Below are positions 16,930 to 27,757 of a DNA stretch of 64,000 nucleotides, piece after piece. Under the pieces are notes generated by a model. It did no database searches, was not told where the DNA came from, and was given only the letters and a program-made list of their open reading frames with translations. The position numbers were made by a program, and so were the translations under genes. The stretch is from an uncultured Clostridia bacterium. Lineage in GTDB: Bacteria > Bacillota > Clostridia > Oscillospirales > CAG-272. The stretch covers positions 6,882 through 70,881 of the forward strand of contig CANQMS010000009.1 in assembly GCA_947624995.1 (NCBI GenBank). Direction: 5' to 3'. The first letter of the stretch is position 1, and the number at the start of each line of letters is the position of its first letter.

Positions 16930-17786
16930 TTTCCTATTATGTCCGAGATATTGTTCATTATCGCCGCCGCCGTTTCGGGGCGGTTCATCGTGTATATGTG
17001 GACGTGGTTGACGCCGTGCGCGAACAGGTCGACGATCTGCTCGGTCGCGTATGCGATGCCGGCCTGCCGCGCGGCGGCGGGATCGTCACCGAAGCGGTCC
17101 GCGATGGCGCGCATACGCGGCGGCAGCGCCGTCCCCGACAGCTCTGCGGAGCGGATGATCTGGCGCGCGTTCGTGACGGGCATGATGCCCGCGATGACGG
17201 GGAGCTTTATCCCGGCGCGGAGCAGGCGGTACAGAAACGCGTAATAGAGGTCGTTGTCAAAGAACATCTGCGTTGTTAAAAATTCCGCGCCGGACGCTTC
17301 CTTTATGCGCAGGTGCTCGATGTCCTCGGCATAAGTGCGGGACTCGGGGTGGCGGTCCGGGTAGCAGGCGCCGCCGAGGCAGAAGGAGCCGCGCCGCTTT
17401 ATGTATGCGATGAGGTCGGAGGCGTGCGGGAAGTCGCCGGTCGGGAAGCTGCCGTCCGCCGGGAGGTCGCCGCGCAGCGCGAGTATATTTTCGATCCCGC
17501 GGGAGGCGAGGGCGTCCGTCAGCCTGTCCGCCTCGCGGCTGTCCGAGGAGACGCACGTCAGGTGCGCGAGCGCCGGTATGCCGAAGGATTCGACCGCCTC
17601 CGCGACCTTCACCGTATAGTCCGGGGTCGAGCCCGCGCGGCACGTCACCGAGATAAACGACGGGGCGAGCGGCGCTAATTTTTCGATGACGCGCACCGTC
17701 TCCTCCGTGCTCTGAGACGCCTTCGGCGGGAAGATCTCAAACGAGACGGAGGGGGAATCATTTTTCAGAATTTCACTGATTTTCAT
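16926..17786 (-). CDS. metF: 5,10-methylenetetrahydrofolate reductase
   Basis: 286 aa. SFEIFPPK, HLTC, LALRGD and YPDRHPE motifs. 4-nt overlap with metH. Confidence 0.85.
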   Translation of the reverse strand: MKISEILKNDSPSVSFEIFPPKASQSTEETVRVIEKLAPLAPSFISVTCRAGSTPDYTVKVAEAVESFGIPALAHLTCVSSDSREADRLTDALASRGIENILALRGDLPADGSFPTGDFPHASDLIAYIKRRGSFCLGGACYPDRHPESRTYAEDIEHLRIKEASGAEFLTTQMFFDNDLYYAFLYRLLRAGIKLPVIAGIMPVTNARQIIRSAELSGTALPPRMRAIADRFGDDPAAARQAGIAYATEQIVDLFAHGVNHVHIYTMNRPETAAAIMNNISDIIGK

Positions 17787-18588
17787 TTGCGGTTCCTTTT
17801 TTGTCCGATATCGCGAACGCCCGGCGCCAAAGAAGGCTGATGATATACGCGCCGAGCGACAGCGCGAGGATATATAAAACGGAGTTGACGCCCCAGCCGA
17901 ACATTTCCGTTATGTCGCGGCAGATGGGCAGATTTGACGGGGTCGGTCCGAGGTAAAACATGTTGACCTCGGGATTTGTTTTGTGAAAGCCGAGATTTAT
18001 CGCGAACGCGGCGGCGCAGAGCGCAAGATACAGCGCCAAGACGTCAGAAAAGCGACCGCCGGCGCGCCGGCTGACGGCGGCGCGGACGCCGAGGAAGATG
18101 AGGATCAGGTGCCACAGAAACGAGTGGACCGCGATCGGCAGATACGGGCGCAGCATCGTGCCGGGCGCGATATAGGAGGCGGCGCCGCCCATGAGCCCGA
18201 ACGTCGAAATAAACGTGTAGACGGCGCGGCGCGCGCGATCGTTTTTGATGAGGGGCGCCGCGATCGCGGCGTACATCGGGATCGAGCAGAGCTGGAACGG
18301 GAAGAGGTCGGCGCGCCACGCGCCCTCGACGGCGGGATAAAAGAGCTGTTTGTATGTCTCGCCGACGGCGAGCGCGATCCCGACCGCGAACGTGACCGAA
18401 TCGAACCCGTCGCCTTTCCGCCTCGCGGTGAGGATGCCGAGCGCGACCGCGGCGGGGACCCCGATGAGAAGGAAGCAGAGGTGGAACGCGCCGTACGGGC
18501 GCAGCCACGCCTCCGGCATCGGGATGGCAGTGTCCCCGATAAGTTCGAAGAGCGTCCCCAAAGCCATCGCCTCCGATAAATACGGCAT
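17773..18588 (-). CDS. integral membrane protein, YwaF/TMEM164-like (start uncertain)
   Basis: 271 aa with 7-8 hydrophobic helices. The FPFQLCSIPMY motif resembles the YwaF family. A TATAAT lies only about 12 nt upstream of the first ATG, so Met8 (18567) may be the true start. Confidence 0.45.
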   Translation of the reverse strand: MPYLSEAMALGTLFELIGDTAIPMPEAWLRPYGAFHLCFLLIGVPAAVALGILTARRKGDGFDSVTFAVGIALAVGETYKQLFYPAVEGAWRADLFPFQLCSIPMYAAIAAPLIKNDRARRAVYTFISTFGLMGGAASYIAPGTMLRPYLPIAVHSFLWHLILIFLGVRAAVSRRAGGRFSDVLALYLALCAAAFAINLGFHKTNPEVNMFYLGPTPSNLPICRDITEMFGWGVNSVLYILALSLGAYIISLLWRRAFAISDKKGTANENQ

Positions 18589-18675
18589 TTTACTACATTA
18601 TACAGTTTTTCGCGCCGATATGCAAGAGGCGGCTGTATTTTCGGCGCGAATGTGACGCGGACTCGCACGGTACAC

Positions 18676-18704
18676 TTGACAGCGCGGGGAAGCGGATGTA
18701 TAAT
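18676..18704 (+). promoter_or_regulatory. consensus sigma-A promoter (TTGACA-17-TATAAT)
   Basis: TTGACA at 18676-18681, a 17-nt spacer, and TATAAT at 18699-18704, upstream of the lipoprotein gene. Confidence 0.7.
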
Positions 18705-18732
18705 TTGAAAGGAGAAAAAATTTTCCGGAAGT

Positions 18733-19470
18733 GTGAAAATGAGAAGGACAGTTTCTTTGATCATCGCGGCGGCGCTCGCCGCCTCGCTTTTGTTCGCGCT
18801 CGCCGCTTGCAGCGGGCAGACGGGCGGCGATACTGATACGGACGGGTCGTCGGGCACCGCCGAAACGATCCGCAAAGCCGATTATCTCGAAGATTTCTTC
18901 CCGTACGACGGGGACGTGATCCCCGCCTCGATCGCGGTGAGCGGCTGGGGCGCGCCGGACGGCGAGAGCGTGTATTTCCCCGTGTCGCCCGAGAACGTGA
19001 TCCACGACGGGAAGGGCACGTGGAACAACATGACGGACCGCCTGCCGACGTGCGTCTTTGACGGCGACGTTCTGACCTGCTACGACTGCGACGAGACGGA
19101 GGCGACGGTCAACAACGCGGATATGAACGTCGGCATCCCGTACGACGGCGAGGAGCCGTTCCCGACGGGGTACGTCGGCGCGTATTTCGAGGACGGAATA
19201 ATACTCACGGCAATCCGGTGGCACGGCAGACCCGAGAATCCGGACAGGAACGCGGGCGGCGTCTTTCAGGCGTCGGTCGACGGGAAGGAATGGGTCGATC
19301 TGTACACGATAGAGAAGGATTCGCCGTGCATGGACTACGAGAATATCCACTCGGACGACATGCCCGAGGAGTGCGCCGGGACGGTGTATCACTACGTCCG
19401 CTACGTCAGCCCGCAGAACGGCTTCTGCAACATCACCGAGATCGAGTTCTGGGGCAAACCGGCGAAATGA
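18733..19470 (+). CDS. lipoprotein with C-terminal discoidin (F5/8 type C)-like carbohydrate-binding domain
   Basis: 245 aa. Lipobox LFALAAC. The C-terminal ...YHYVRYVSPQNGFCNITEIEFWG ending is typical of discoidin/CBM32-like domains. Start could be GTG 18733 or ATG 18739. Confidence 0.5.
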   Translation: MKMRRTVSLIIAAALAASLLFALAACSGQTGGDTDTDGSSGTAETIRKADYLEDFFPYDGDVIPASIAVSGWGAPDGESVYFPVSPENVIHDGKGTWNNMTDRLPTCVFDGDVLTCYDCDETEATVNNADMNVGIPYDGEEPFPTGYVGAYFEDGIILTAIRWHGRPENPDRNAGGVFQASVDGKEWVDLYTIEKDSPCMDYENIHSDDMPEECAGTVYHYVRYVSPQNGFCNITEIEFWGKPAK

Positions 19471-19502
19471 TCTCTGCCGGGTAAGCCCGCCGTTAAGTCA
19501 AT

Positions 19503-19564
19503 AAAAAGCTTTGAAAAGAGGGGCGCGGGGAGGAAAACTTTCACTCGAAAGTTTTCCTCCCCGC
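19503..19564 (-). repeat. intergenic palindromic repeat element, copy 3 (terminator orientation for purF)
   Basis: AAAAAGCTTTGAAAAGAGGGGCGCGGGGAGGAAAACTTTCACTCGAAAGTTTTCCTCCCCGC. Confidence 0.75.
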
Positions 19565-19586
19565 ATAATTTTTTATTAAGGTAGCT

Positions 19587-21035
19587 CTACGCCTCGAATT
19601 CGCCGCGGATGTCTTCTTCGGGGGGAGGGGTCGGGTAGTCGCCGGTGAAGCAGCCGCGGCAGATGCCGAGACCGCCGACGATGTCGGAGAGGCGCTCCGC
19701 GCGCAGGTACGCGAGCGTGTCCGATCCGATGATGGAGCGGATCTCCTCGATGGAACGGTTGTATGCCAAGAGCTGCGTGCGCGCGGGGACGTCGGTCCCG
19801 AAATAGCAGGACCACAGAAACGGCGGGGACGAGACGCGCATATGCACCTCGCGCGCGCCCGCCTCGCGCAGTATCTTTATGATGCGGTCGGACGTCGTGC
19901 CGCGGACTATCGAGTCGTCAATGATGATGACGCGCTTGCCCTCGACCGCCTCGCGGATCGGATTCAGCTTGACGCCGACGCTCGTCTCGCGGTTCTTCTG
20001 GCGCGGCTTGATAAACGTCCTGCCGACGTAGGCGTTCTTGACAAACGCGGTGCCGTACGGGATGCCGGACTGCAGCGAATACCCGAGCGCGGCGACGTTC
20101 CCCGATTCGGGCACGCCGACGACGAGGTCGGCGTCGACGGGCGAGTCTATCGCGAGATATTTTCCGGCGAGCATACGCGAATGATACACACTCATCCCGT
20201 CTATAATGCTGTCGGGGCGGGCAAAATATATGTATTCGAAGACGCAGCGCGCCTCACGCTCGCGCGGGAGCGCGCGGCTCGTGTCCGAGACGAGCCCTCC
20301 CTCGGAGATCGTGACGATCTCGCCGGGCATAACGTCGCGGACGAATTCGGCACCGACGGTGTCGAGCGCGCAGGACTCGCTCGCGAGCATGTATGTGTTG
20401 TCGCGCCTGCCGATGCAGAGCGGGCGGAACCCGAACGGGTCGCGGGCGCCGATCAGCTTGCGGGGCGACATTATGACGAGCGAGAACGCGCCGCGCAGCT
20501 TATCCATCGCTCTGCCGACCGCCTCCTCGACCGTCTTCGAGTTCAGGCGCTCGCGCGCAATGTGGTACGCGATCAGCTCCGTGTCGATCGTCGTCTGGAA
20601 TATGGCTCCCGTCCGCTCGAGCTCGCGGCGCAGCTCAGGCGCGTTGACAAGGTTGCCGTTGTGGGCGAGGGCGAGGGTGCCCTTGACGTAGTTGAGGACG
20701 AGCGGCTGAGCGTTTTCGCGCGTGGAGCCGCCCGCGGTCGAATAGCGGACGTGACCGACGCCCATGTCGCCGGGCAGCTTTTCAAGCGTGTCGTGCGTGA
20801 ACGACTCGTTCACGAGCCCCATCGACTTGTGCGAGAGGACGCGGCGCGGACCGTCCGTCCCGGTGACGGCGATGCCGCAGCTCTCCTGACCGCGGTGCTG
20901 GAGGGCGAGAAGCCCGTAATATATAGTCGAGGCGACGTCTCCGCCGTCAAGGTCGTATGCGCCGAAGACACCGCACTCCTCTCCGAGCCCCGATTCGAGC
21001 TCATCCGTACCGAAGATCGCGTTATCGTTTTCCAT
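19587..21035 (-). CDS. purF: amidophosphoribosyltransferase
   Basis: 482 aa. N-terminal ...ECGVFG (Ntn Cys), a PRPP-binding loop (VIIIDDSIVRGTT), and C-terminal Cys residues for the Fe-S cluster. Confidence 0.9.
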   Translation of the reverse strand: MENDNAIFGTDELESGLGEECGVFGAYDLDGGDVASTIYYGLLALQHRGQESCGIAVTGTDGPRRVLSHKSMGLVNESFTHDTLEKLPGDMGVGHVRYSTAGGSTRENAQPLVLNYVKGTLALAHNGNLVNAPELRRELERTGAIFQTTIDTELIAYHIARERLNSKTVEEAVGRAMDKLRGAFSLVIMSPRKLIGARDPFGFRPLCIGRRDNTYMLASESCALDTVGAEFVRDVMPGEIVTISEGGLVSDTSRALPREREARCVFEYIYFARPDSIIDGMSVYHSRMLAGKYLAIDSPVDADLVVGVPESGNVAALGYSLQSGIPYGTAFVKNAYVGRTFIKPRQKNRETSVGVKLNPIREAVEGKRVIIIDDSIVRGTTSDRIIKILREAGAREVHMRVSSPPFLWSCYFGTDVPARTQLLAYNRSIEEIRSIIGSDTLAYLRAERLSDIVGGLGICRGCFTGDYPTPPPEEDIRGEFEA

Positions 21036-21060
21036 AAAAATGCTCCGTTTTTAAAGTCGA

Positions 21061-21098
21061 TACGGCAGACCCCGGCTTTGCTTCCGGGGTCTGCCGTA
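21061..21098 (-). other. intercistronic GC hairpin between purC and purF (attenuator or mRNA-processing candidate)
   Basis: TACGGCAGACCCCGG-CTTTGCTT-CCGGGGTCTGCCGTA, a perfect 15-bp stem. There is no clear U-run on the minus-strand transcript. Confidence 0.4.
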
Positions 21099-21109
21099 TA
21101 TTGTAATTT

Positions 21110-21817
21110 TCAGTCGAGCCCGAGGCGGCGGAAGACTTCGTTGTACGCTTCCTCGACGTTGCCGAGGTCGCGGCGGAAGCGGTCCTTGTCGAGCTTTTCG
21201 TTTGTGTTCACGTCCCAGAGGCGGCACGTGTCGGGCGAGGTCTCGTCCGCGAGGATGATCTGCCCGTGATATCTGCCGAACTCGATCTTGAAGTCGATGA
21301 GCTTTATGCCCGCATCAAGGAAGTATGCCTTGAGCACGTCGTTGACGCGGAAGGCGTATTTCTTTATCGTCTCGATCTCGTCCCAGGTGGCGAGCCCGAG
21401 CGCAACGGCGAAATAATCGTTGATGAGCGGGTCGCCGAGCGCGTCGTTTTTATACGAGAACTCTATCGTCGGCTCGGCAAACGGCGTTCCCTCCGGGACG
21501 CCGAGGCGCTTTGAAAAGCTGCCGGCGGCAACGTTTCTGATAATGACCTCGAGCGGGACGATCTCGACCTTTTTCACCGCCGTCTCGCGGTCTGAGAGCT
21601 GCTTTATCAGGTGCGTCGGGACGCCTTCCTTTTCGAGGAGGCTGAAGACGCGGTTCGTCATCTTGTTGTTGATGACGCCCTTGCCGACGATGGTGCCGCG
21701 CTTCTCGCCGTTGAACGCGGTCGCGTCATCCTTATAGTCGACGATGACGACATCGGGGTCGTCCGTTGCAAAGACCTTCTTTGCTTTGCCTTCGTAAAGC
21801 TGCTGTAACTTCTGCAT
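21110..21817 (-). CDS. purC: phosphoribosylaminoimidazole-succinocarboxamide synthase
   Basis: 235 aa. [16 protein letters not shown]..., a SAICAR synthetase N-terminus, and ...[14 protein letters not shown]. Confidence 0.9.
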   Translation of the reverse strand: MQKLQQLYEGKAKKVFATDDPDVVIVDYKDDATAFNGEKRGTIVGKGVINNKMTNRVFSLLEKEGVPTHLIKQLSDRETAVKKVEIVPLEVIIRNVAAGSFSKRLGVPEGTPFAEPTIEFSYKNDALGDPLINDYFAVALGLATWDEIETIKKYAFRVNDVLKAYFLDAGIKLIDFKIEFGRYHGQIILADETSPDTCRLWDVNTNEKLDKDRFRRDLGNVEEAYNEVFRRLGLD

Positions 21818-21965
21818 GATATACTCCCGTCCTGCGGACTTCGTTTTATTTCGACAGGGATATTATATATCACGCGCGCGCCAAAATCAATAGTCAAAAA
21901 GCACATACGCGCCGTTTTTTGCGGGCGGGCGTTTTGCTTTTTCCACGAAAAAGGTCGCGACCGTC

Positions 21966-21994
21966 TTTACAAGCGCGCGGGGACGTGGTATAAT
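21966..21994 (+). promoter_or_regulatory. uvrB promoter (TTTACA-17-TATAAT)
   Basis: TTTACA at 21966-21971, a 17-nt spacer, and TATAAT at 21989-21994. Confidence 0.65.
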
Positions 21995-22005
21995 AGCATA
22001 CGTTA

Positions 22006-22018
22006 CGAACACTTGTTC
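22006..22018 (+). promoter_or_regulatory. LexA/DinR SOS (Cheo) box CGAACACTTGTTC
   Basis: GAAC-N4-GTTC palindrome immediately downstream of the -10 and 8 nt before the uvrB ATG. uvrB is a classic SOS gene in Firmicutes. Confidence 0.7.
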
Positions 22019-22025
22019 ACGGGAG

Positions 22026-24035
22026 ATGGCAATGGCGGACAAATTCATACTGAAGGCGCCGTTTTCGCCGACGGGCGACCAGCCGCAGGCGATAGGCGCG
22101 CTGACGGAGGGCGTTCTGCGCGGGGACCGGATGCAGACGCTGCTCGGCGTCACGGGCTCGGGCAAGACGTTTACGATGGCGAACGTCATCGCGAACGTGA
22201 ACCGCCCGACGCTCATACTCGAGCCGAACAAAACGCTCGCGGCGCAGCTCTGCTCCGAGATGCGCGAGTTCTTCCCGGACGCCGCCGTCGAATATTTCGT
22301 TTCGTATTACGACTACTATCAGCCCGAGGCGTATATCCCGGGCAAGGATATGTATATAGAAAAGGATTCGCTCATCAACGACGAGATAGACAAGCTGCGC
22401 CACAGCGCGACCTCCGCGCTGTTTGAGCGGCGAGACGTCGTCATCGTCGCGTCCGTTTCGTGCATATATTCGCTCGGCGATCCGAACGAATACTGCCGCC
22501 AGCTCGTCTCGGTCCGCCCGGGGCAGCAGATGGAGCGCAACGACTTCATAAACAGGCTCATCTCTATCGGGTACGAGCGCAACGACATCGCGTTCGAGCG
22601 CACGAAGTTCCGCGTCCGCGGCGACACCGTGGACGTCCTCCCCTCAAACTCAGGGGAGCGCGCGATCCGCGTCGAGTTCTTCGGCGACGAGGTGGACAGG
22701 GTGACGGAGCTGTCGACCGTGACGGGCGAGGTCTCGGGGGAGCTGCGGTACGCGGCGATATTCCCGGCGACGCACTACGTCGCCGACCCTGCGAAGCGCG
22801 AGGCGGCGCTGCGCGAAATTGAGGATGAGATGTACGAGCGCGCCGACTTTTTCCGCGCGGAGAACAGGCTGCTCGAAGCGCAGAGGATAGAGGAGAGGAC
22901 GAGATACGACCTTGAGATGATGCGCGAGATCGGGTACTGCTCGGGGGTCGAGAATTATTCGCGCGTGCTCTCCGGGCGCGAGCCGGGATCGACGCCGTAT
23001 ACGCTGCTCGACTATTTCCCGCGCGATTTTCTCATGTTCATAGACGAGAGCCACGTCGCGATCCCGCAGGTGCGCGGGATGTCGGGCGGGGATATCGCGA
23101 GGAAGAAGAACCTCGTCGACTACGGGTTCCGCCTGCCGTCCGCGTATGACAACAGACCCTTACGGTTCGAAGAATTCGAGTCAAAGCTGAATCAGGTCAT
23201 ATTCGTTAGCGCGACGCCCGGTGACTACGAGCGGACGCACTCGTCCGCCGTCGCGGAGCAGATAATCCGCCCGACGGGGCTGTGCGACCCCATAGTCGAG
23301 GTGCGCGACGTCGGAACGCAGATCGACGACGTGCTCGGCGAAATAAAGGAACGGGCAGCTAAGGACGAGCGGTCGCTCGTCATGACGCTGACGACGAAGA
23401 TGGCGGAGGACATCACCGACTACTTCGAGTCCTGCGGGGTGCGCGTGCGGTATATACACCACGAGGTGGAGACGATGGAGCGGACGGAGCTTTTGCGCGA
23501 CCTGCGCCTCGGCGTCTTTGACGTGCTCGTCGGGATAAACCTCCTGCGTGAGGGGATTGATCTGCCGGAGGTGTCGCTCGTCGCGATACTCGACGCCGAC
23601 AAGGAGGGATTTTTGCGGAACGAAACGTCCCTCATCCAGACGATAGGGCGCGCCGCAAGGAACGCGAACGGCAAGGTCATCCTTTACGCGGCGGAGGAAA
23701 CGCGGTCGATAAAGGCTGCCGTCGCCGAGACGAACAGGCGGCGCGGGATCCAGACGGCGTACAACGAGGAACACGGCATAATCCCGCAGACGATAAAGAA
23801 GGACGTCCGCGAGCTCATCTCCATCGGCGGCGACGATGACGAGCGCCGCGGAAAGGGCAAGGGAAGCGGAAAGGCAGGCGCAAAGAGCAAGCGCGTCTCG
23901 ATGATGACGTCGGCGGAGAGGGCGGAATACATCGAGAGGCTGACGCGCGAAATGAAGGAGGCGGCGTCAAAGCTCGACTTCGAACGCGCCGCGTACCTGC
24001 GCGACAGGATAAAGGAAGCAAAGATAACGAAATGA
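22026..24035 (+). CDS. uvrB: excinuclease ABC subunit B
   Basis: 669 aa. [11 protein letters not shown], Walker A GVTGSGKT, the helicase motifs, and a C-terminal UVR domain ([10 protein letters not shown]). Confidence 0.95.
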   Translation: MAMADKFILKAPFSPTGDQPQAIGALTEGVLRGDRMQTLLGVTGSGKTFTMANVIANVNRPTLILEPNKTLAAQLCSEMREFFPDAAVEYFVSYYDYYQPEAYIPGKDMYIEKDSLINDEIDKLRHSATSALFERRDVVIVASVSCIYSLGDPNEYCRQLVSVRPGQQMERNDFINRLISIGYERNDIAFERTKFRVRGDTVDVLPSNSGERAIRVEFFGDEVDRVTELSTVTGEVSGELRYAAIFPATHYVADPAKREAALREIEDEMYERADFFRAENRLLEAQRIEERTRYDLEMMREIGYCSGVENYSRVLSGREPGSTPYTLLDYFPRDFLMFIDESHVAIPQVRGMSGGDIARKKNLVDYGFRLPSAYDNRPLRFEEFESKLNQVIFVSATPGDYERTHSSAVAEQIIRPTGLCDPIVEVRDVGTQIDDVLGEIKERAAKDERSLVMTLTTKMAEDITDYFESCGVRVRYIHHEVETMERTELLRDLRLGVFDVLVGINLLREGIDLPEVSLVAILDADKEGFLRNETSLIQTIGRAARNANGKVILYAAEETRSIKAAVAETNRRRGIQTAYNEEHGIIPQTIKKDVRELISIGGDDDERRGKGKGSGKAGAKSKRVSMMTSAERAEYIERLTREMKEAASKLDFERAAYLRDRIKEAKITK

Positions 24036-24820
24036 CGGACGTACACATTCACCTCGAAGGGGGAGAATACACGCTCGGGTGGCTCGAAAAATTCGTCTCC
24101 CGGGCAAAAGAGACGGACACAGACGAGATATGGCTGCTCGAACACTCGTATCTCTTCCGCGAGTTTGCGCCGATGTACGGCTGCATACTCGGGAAAAACG
24201 CGTTTACGGACGGCTGGTTCTCGCGGCGTGGCGGGATCAGGGAGCTGTCGGAATATCTCGCGCTCATAGGCGAGGCGCGGCGGCGCTCATTCCCCGTCCG
24301 GGTGAGATTCGGGCTTGAGGTCTGCTATTTTGAGGGCGCGGAGGAGTTTGTCCGGGACGTGACGCGCGGCCTCGGGCTCGATTTCCTCGTCGGGAGCGTC
24401 CATTTCATAGACGGCTTCGCGTTCGACCACGAGGCGGCGCTGTGGGACGGTGTCGACATTGACCGCGCATACAGGCGCTATTTTGAATCGTCCGTACGCC
24501 TTGCGGAGAGCGGCGTTTTTGACGGGATAGCGCATCCCGACAGCATCGGGCTTTTCGGCTTTCAGCCGTCCTTCCCGCTCGACGAATACTATGACGCGCT
24601 CGCCGCCGCCGTATCGAACAGCGGCATGTACGCCGAGGAAAACGCCGGCACATACAGGCGGCACCCTGACACATCCCCGTTCGGTATGAACGCGTCCCTG
24701 ATCCGCGCGATGAAGCGGCACGGCGTCCGCATCGTCACCGCGTCCGACGCGCACACGCCATATGACGTCGGCGCCGGGATCCGTGAGGCGCAGCGCGCCG
24801 TCGATTCCGTCACTGTTTAA
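24032..24820 (+). CDS. PHP-domain phosphoesterase (HisJ-type histidinol-phosphatase family)
   Basis: 262 aa. N-terminal [17 protein letters not shown] and a C-terminal SDAH motif. The ATGA overlap with the uvrB stop suggests translational coupling. Confidence 0.7.
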   Translation: MTDVHIHLEGGEYTLGWLEKFVSRAKETDTDEIWLLEHSYLFREFAPMYGCILGKNAFTDGWFSRRGGIRELSEYLALIGEARRRSFPVRVRFGLEVCYFEGAEEFVRDVTRGLGLDFLVGSVHFIDGFAFDHEAALWDGVDIDRAYRRYFESSVRLAESGVFDGIAHPDSIGLFGFQPSFPLDEYYDALAAAVSNSGMYAEENAGTYRRHPDTSPFGMNASLIRAMKRHGVRIVTASDAHTPYDVGAGIREAQRAVDSVTV

Positions 24821-24826
24821 GGTAAT

Positions 24827-24896
24827 AAAAAGTTCTGGAAAAGAGAGGGGTGCGGGGAGAGGAAGAACCTTTTCTAAGAGGTTTTCCTCTCCCCGC
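24827..24896 (-). repeat. intergenic palindromic repeat element, copy 4 (anti-oriented relative to the flanking plus-strand genes)
   Basis: AAAAAGTTCTGGAAAAGAGAGGGGTGCGGGGAGAGGAAGAACCTTTTCTAAGAGGTTTTCCTCTCCCCGC. It ends 15 nt before the uvrA ATG. Confidence 0.7.
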
Positions 24897-24911
24897 GAAA
24901 AAGACCTGTAC

Positions 24912-27743
24912 ATGGAACGCAACATAGAAATAAAAGGCGCAAGAGAAAACAATCTGAAGGACATAGACGTCACGATCCCGAGGGACAAGCTCATCGTTTT
25001 CACGGGGCTGTCGGGGTCGGGAAAGTCGTCGCTCGCGTTTGACACGCTGCACGCGGAGGGGCACCGCCGTTTTGTCGAATCTTTGTCCTCATACGCGAGG
25101 ATGTTTCTCGGGCAGATAGACAAGCCGGACGTTGACTCGATATCGGGGCTGTCGCCGTCTATCTCGATAGATCAGAAGACGACGTCGCAGAATCCGCGCT
25201 CGACGGTCGGGACCGTCACCGAGATATATGACTATCTGCGCCTGTTGTGGGCGAGGATCGGCATCCCGCACTGTCCCGTCTGCGGGCGGGAGATCAGCGC
25301 GCAGACGACGGACGTCATCCTCGACCGGATCATGACGCTGCCGGAGGGCGAGCGGTTCCTCGTGCTCGCGCCGGTCGTCAAGGGCAAGAAGGGAATGCAC
25401 GAGAAGGTGCTCGAGGGCGCGAAAAAAGCGGGGTACGTCCGCGTCCGCATCGACGGGAGCATATACGAGCTCTCGGAGGAGATAAAGCTCGACAAGAACA
25501 AAAAGCACTCGATAGACATCGTCGTCGACAGGCTCGTCTGCCGCCCGGACATAAGGACGCGGCTCTCGGACTCCGTCGAGGCGGCGCTGCGCGAGGCGGA
25601 CGGTTACGTCACGGTCGTGACGGTCCCGCGCGAGGGCGAGGCGATCGTCATGGAGTTCTCGCAGAACTACACGTGCGAGGAGCACGGGATCAGCATACCG
25701 GAGCTTGAGCCGAGGCTGTTCTCGTTCAACAATCCGTTCGGCGCGTGCCCGGACTGCGCGGGGCTCGGCGTCATCTCGAGCATTTCGCCGGACAAGATAA
25801 TATACGATAAGTCTCTCTCGCTGCGCGAGGGCGCCGTCAACGTGAACGGGTTCAAGTCGCTCGAGGAGGAGTCATGGATGGGACCGCTGTTCGCCGCGGT
25901 CGGCGAGGTCTACGGCTTTACGCTCGACACGCCGATAAAGGACTATTCCGAGCGCGCGCTGCACGCGCTTTTATGGGGGACGGGCGACAGATACTACGAG
26001 ATAGACAGGTATTTTGAGGGAACGGTGCGCCGACAGACGAAGAAATTCGAGGGGCTGATCCCGATGATAGAGTGGAGGCGGCGCGCGTTCGGCAACGCGG
26101 AGTATTACGACGAGTTCGTCGACGAGACGCCGTGCCCGCGCTGCCACGGCAGGAGGCTCTCGGACGCGGCGCTCGCCGTCACGGTCGGGGGCATCGCGAT
26201 AGACGAATACACGCGCAAATCGGTGACGGAGGCGCTCGACTTCATAAACAAGCTCGAGCTGACCGAAACGGAAGAGGTGATCGCGCACGAGATAAAGAAG
26301 GAGATCCGCTCGCGGCTCGGCTTTCTTTCGAGCGTCGGGCTCGACTATCTGACGCTCGACAGGCGTGCGGGTACGCTGTCCGGCGGCGAGGCGCAGAGGA
26401 TAAGACTCGCGACGCAGATCGGCAGCTCGCTCGTCGGCGTGATGTACATCCTTGACGAGCCGTCTATCGGGCTGCACCAGCGCGACAACGGCAGGCTGAT
26501 AGCGACGCTGCAGCGCCTGCGCGACCTCGGCAACACCGTCATCGTCGTCGAGCACGACGAGGAAACGATGTGGGCGGCGGACTGCATCGTCGACATCGGA
26601 CCGGGCGCGGGCGTTCACGGCGGGGAGCTCGTCGCGATAGGCACGCCGCAAGAGATCGCGGACAATGAAAACTCGATCACCGGCGCGTACCTCTCCGGGC
26701 GCAAGTCGATCCCCGTCCCGCAGACAAGGCGGGAGGGCAACGGGCACATCCTGCGCGTCGTCGGCGCGGCACAGAACAATCTTCGCGGGATAACGGTCGA
26801 TTTCCCGCTCGGAAAGTTCATCTGCGTCACGGGCGTCTCCGGCTCGGGCAAGTCGAGCCTCGTGAATTCGATACTGTATATGACGCTCGCAAAGCTTTTG
26901 AACCGCGCGCACACGTTCCCCGGAAAGTGCGAGCGGATCGAGGGGATCGAGTATCTTGACAAGATAATTGCGATAGACCAGTCGCCGATCGGGCGCATGC
27001 CGAGCTCGAACCCGGCGACGTACACCGGCGTGTTCACCGACCTGCGCGCGCTCTACGCCATGACGCCGGACGCGAAGCTGCGCGGGTACGGTCCCGGGCG
27101 GTTCTCGTTCAACGTCCGCGGCGGGCGGTGCGAGGCGTGCGAGGGCGCGGGCGTCAAAAAGATAGAGATGCACTTTCTGCCGGACGTCTACGTGACGTGC
27201 GACGTCTGCCACGGAAAACGGTACAACCGCGAGACGCTCGAGGTAAAATACAAGGGCAAAAATATCGGGGACGTGCTCGAGATGACGGTCGAGGAGGCGC
27301 TCGCGTTCTTCTCCGAGTATCCGAAGATAAAGCGGAAGCTCGCAACGCTGTTTGACGTCGGGCTCGGATATATGAAGCTCGGTCAGCCGTCGCCGACGCT
27401 GTCGGGCGGCGAGGCGCAGCGCGTCAAGCTGGCGACGGAGCTGTCAAAGCGCGACACCGGCAAGACGATATACGTCCTCGACGAGCCTACGACGGGGCTG
27501 CATACGGACGACGTCGCAAAGCTCGTCGGCATCCTGTCCCGCCTCACCGACTCGGGGAATACCGTCGTTGTGATCGAACACAATCTCGACCTCATCAAGA
27601 CGGCGGACTGGATAATCGACCTCGGTCCGGAGGGCGGCGTCGGCGGCGGCACCGTCGTCTGCGAGGGAACGCCCGAGGACGTCGCAATGTGCGACCGTTC
27701 GTACACCGGCAAATACCTCCGCGCTAAGCTGGGGATGGAATAG
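24912..27743 (+). CDS. uvrA: excinuclease ABC subunit A
   Basis: Start set at [45 protein letters not shown] (canonical UvrA N-terminus). The ORF-track start at 24762 overlaps the PHP gene. Two ABC modules and zinc-finger Cys clusters. Confidence 0.95.
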   Translation: MERNIEIKGARENNLKDIDVTIPRDKLIVFTGLSGSGKSSLAFDTLHAEGHRRFVESLSSYARMFLGQIDKPDVDSISGLSPSISIDQKTTSQNPRSTVGTVTEIYDYLRLLWARIGIPHCPVCGREISAQTTDVILDRIMTLPEGERFLVLAPVVKGKKGMHEKVLEGAKKAGYVRVRIDGSIYELSEEIKLDKNKKHSIDIVVDRLVCRPDIRTRLSDSVEAALREADGYVTVVTVPREGEAIVMEFSQNYTCEEHGISIPELEPRLFSFNNPFGACPDCAGLGVISSISPDKIIYDKSLSLREGAVNVNGFKSLEEESWMGPLFAAVGEVYGFTLDTPIKDYSERALHALLWGTGDRYYEIDRYFEGTVRRQTKKFEGLIPMIEWRRRAFGNAEYYDEFVDETPCPRCHGRRLSDAALAVTVGGIAIDEYTRKSVTEALDFINKLELTETEEVIAHEIKKEIRSRLGFLSSVGLDYLTLDRRAGTLSGGEAQRIRLATQIGSSLVGVMYILDEPSIGLHQRDNGRLIATLQRLRDLGNTVIVVEHDEETMWAADCIVDIGPGAGVHGGELVAIGTPQEIADNENSITGAYLSGRKSIPVPQTRREGNGHILRVVGAAQNNLRGITVDFPLGKFICVTGVSGSGKSSLVNSILYMTLAKLLNRAHTFPGKCERIEGIEYLDKIIAIDQSPIGRMPSSNPATYTGVFTDLRALYAMTPDAKLRGYGPGRFSFNVRGGRCEACEGAGVKKIEMHFLPDVYVTCDVCHGKRYNRETLEVKYKGKNIGDVLEMTVEEALAFFSEYPKIKRKLATLFDVGLGYMKLGQPSPTLSGGEAQRVKLATELSKRDTGKTIYVLDEPTTGLHTDDVAKLVGILSRLTDSGNTVVVIEHNLDLIKTADWIIDLGPEGGVGGGTVVCEGTPEDVAMCDRSYTGKYLRAKLGME

Positions 27744-27757
27744 TAGGATAAATAATA

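Noticed and set aside
18589-18680. Expected a SAM riboswitch or Met T-box upstream of the ywaF-like/metF/metH operon
   Set aside because: Only about 90 nt are available, with a -10 almost abutting the first ATG. There is no T-box GGTGGTACCGCG sequence and no SAM-I conserved helices.
21818-21960. Expected a purine riboswitch or PurR box upstream of purC-purF
   Set aside because: The minus-strand leader is short, running from a TATAAT to GGACGGGAG to the ATG. It shows none of the conserved purine-riboswitch junction sequences I know, so I cannot support a call.
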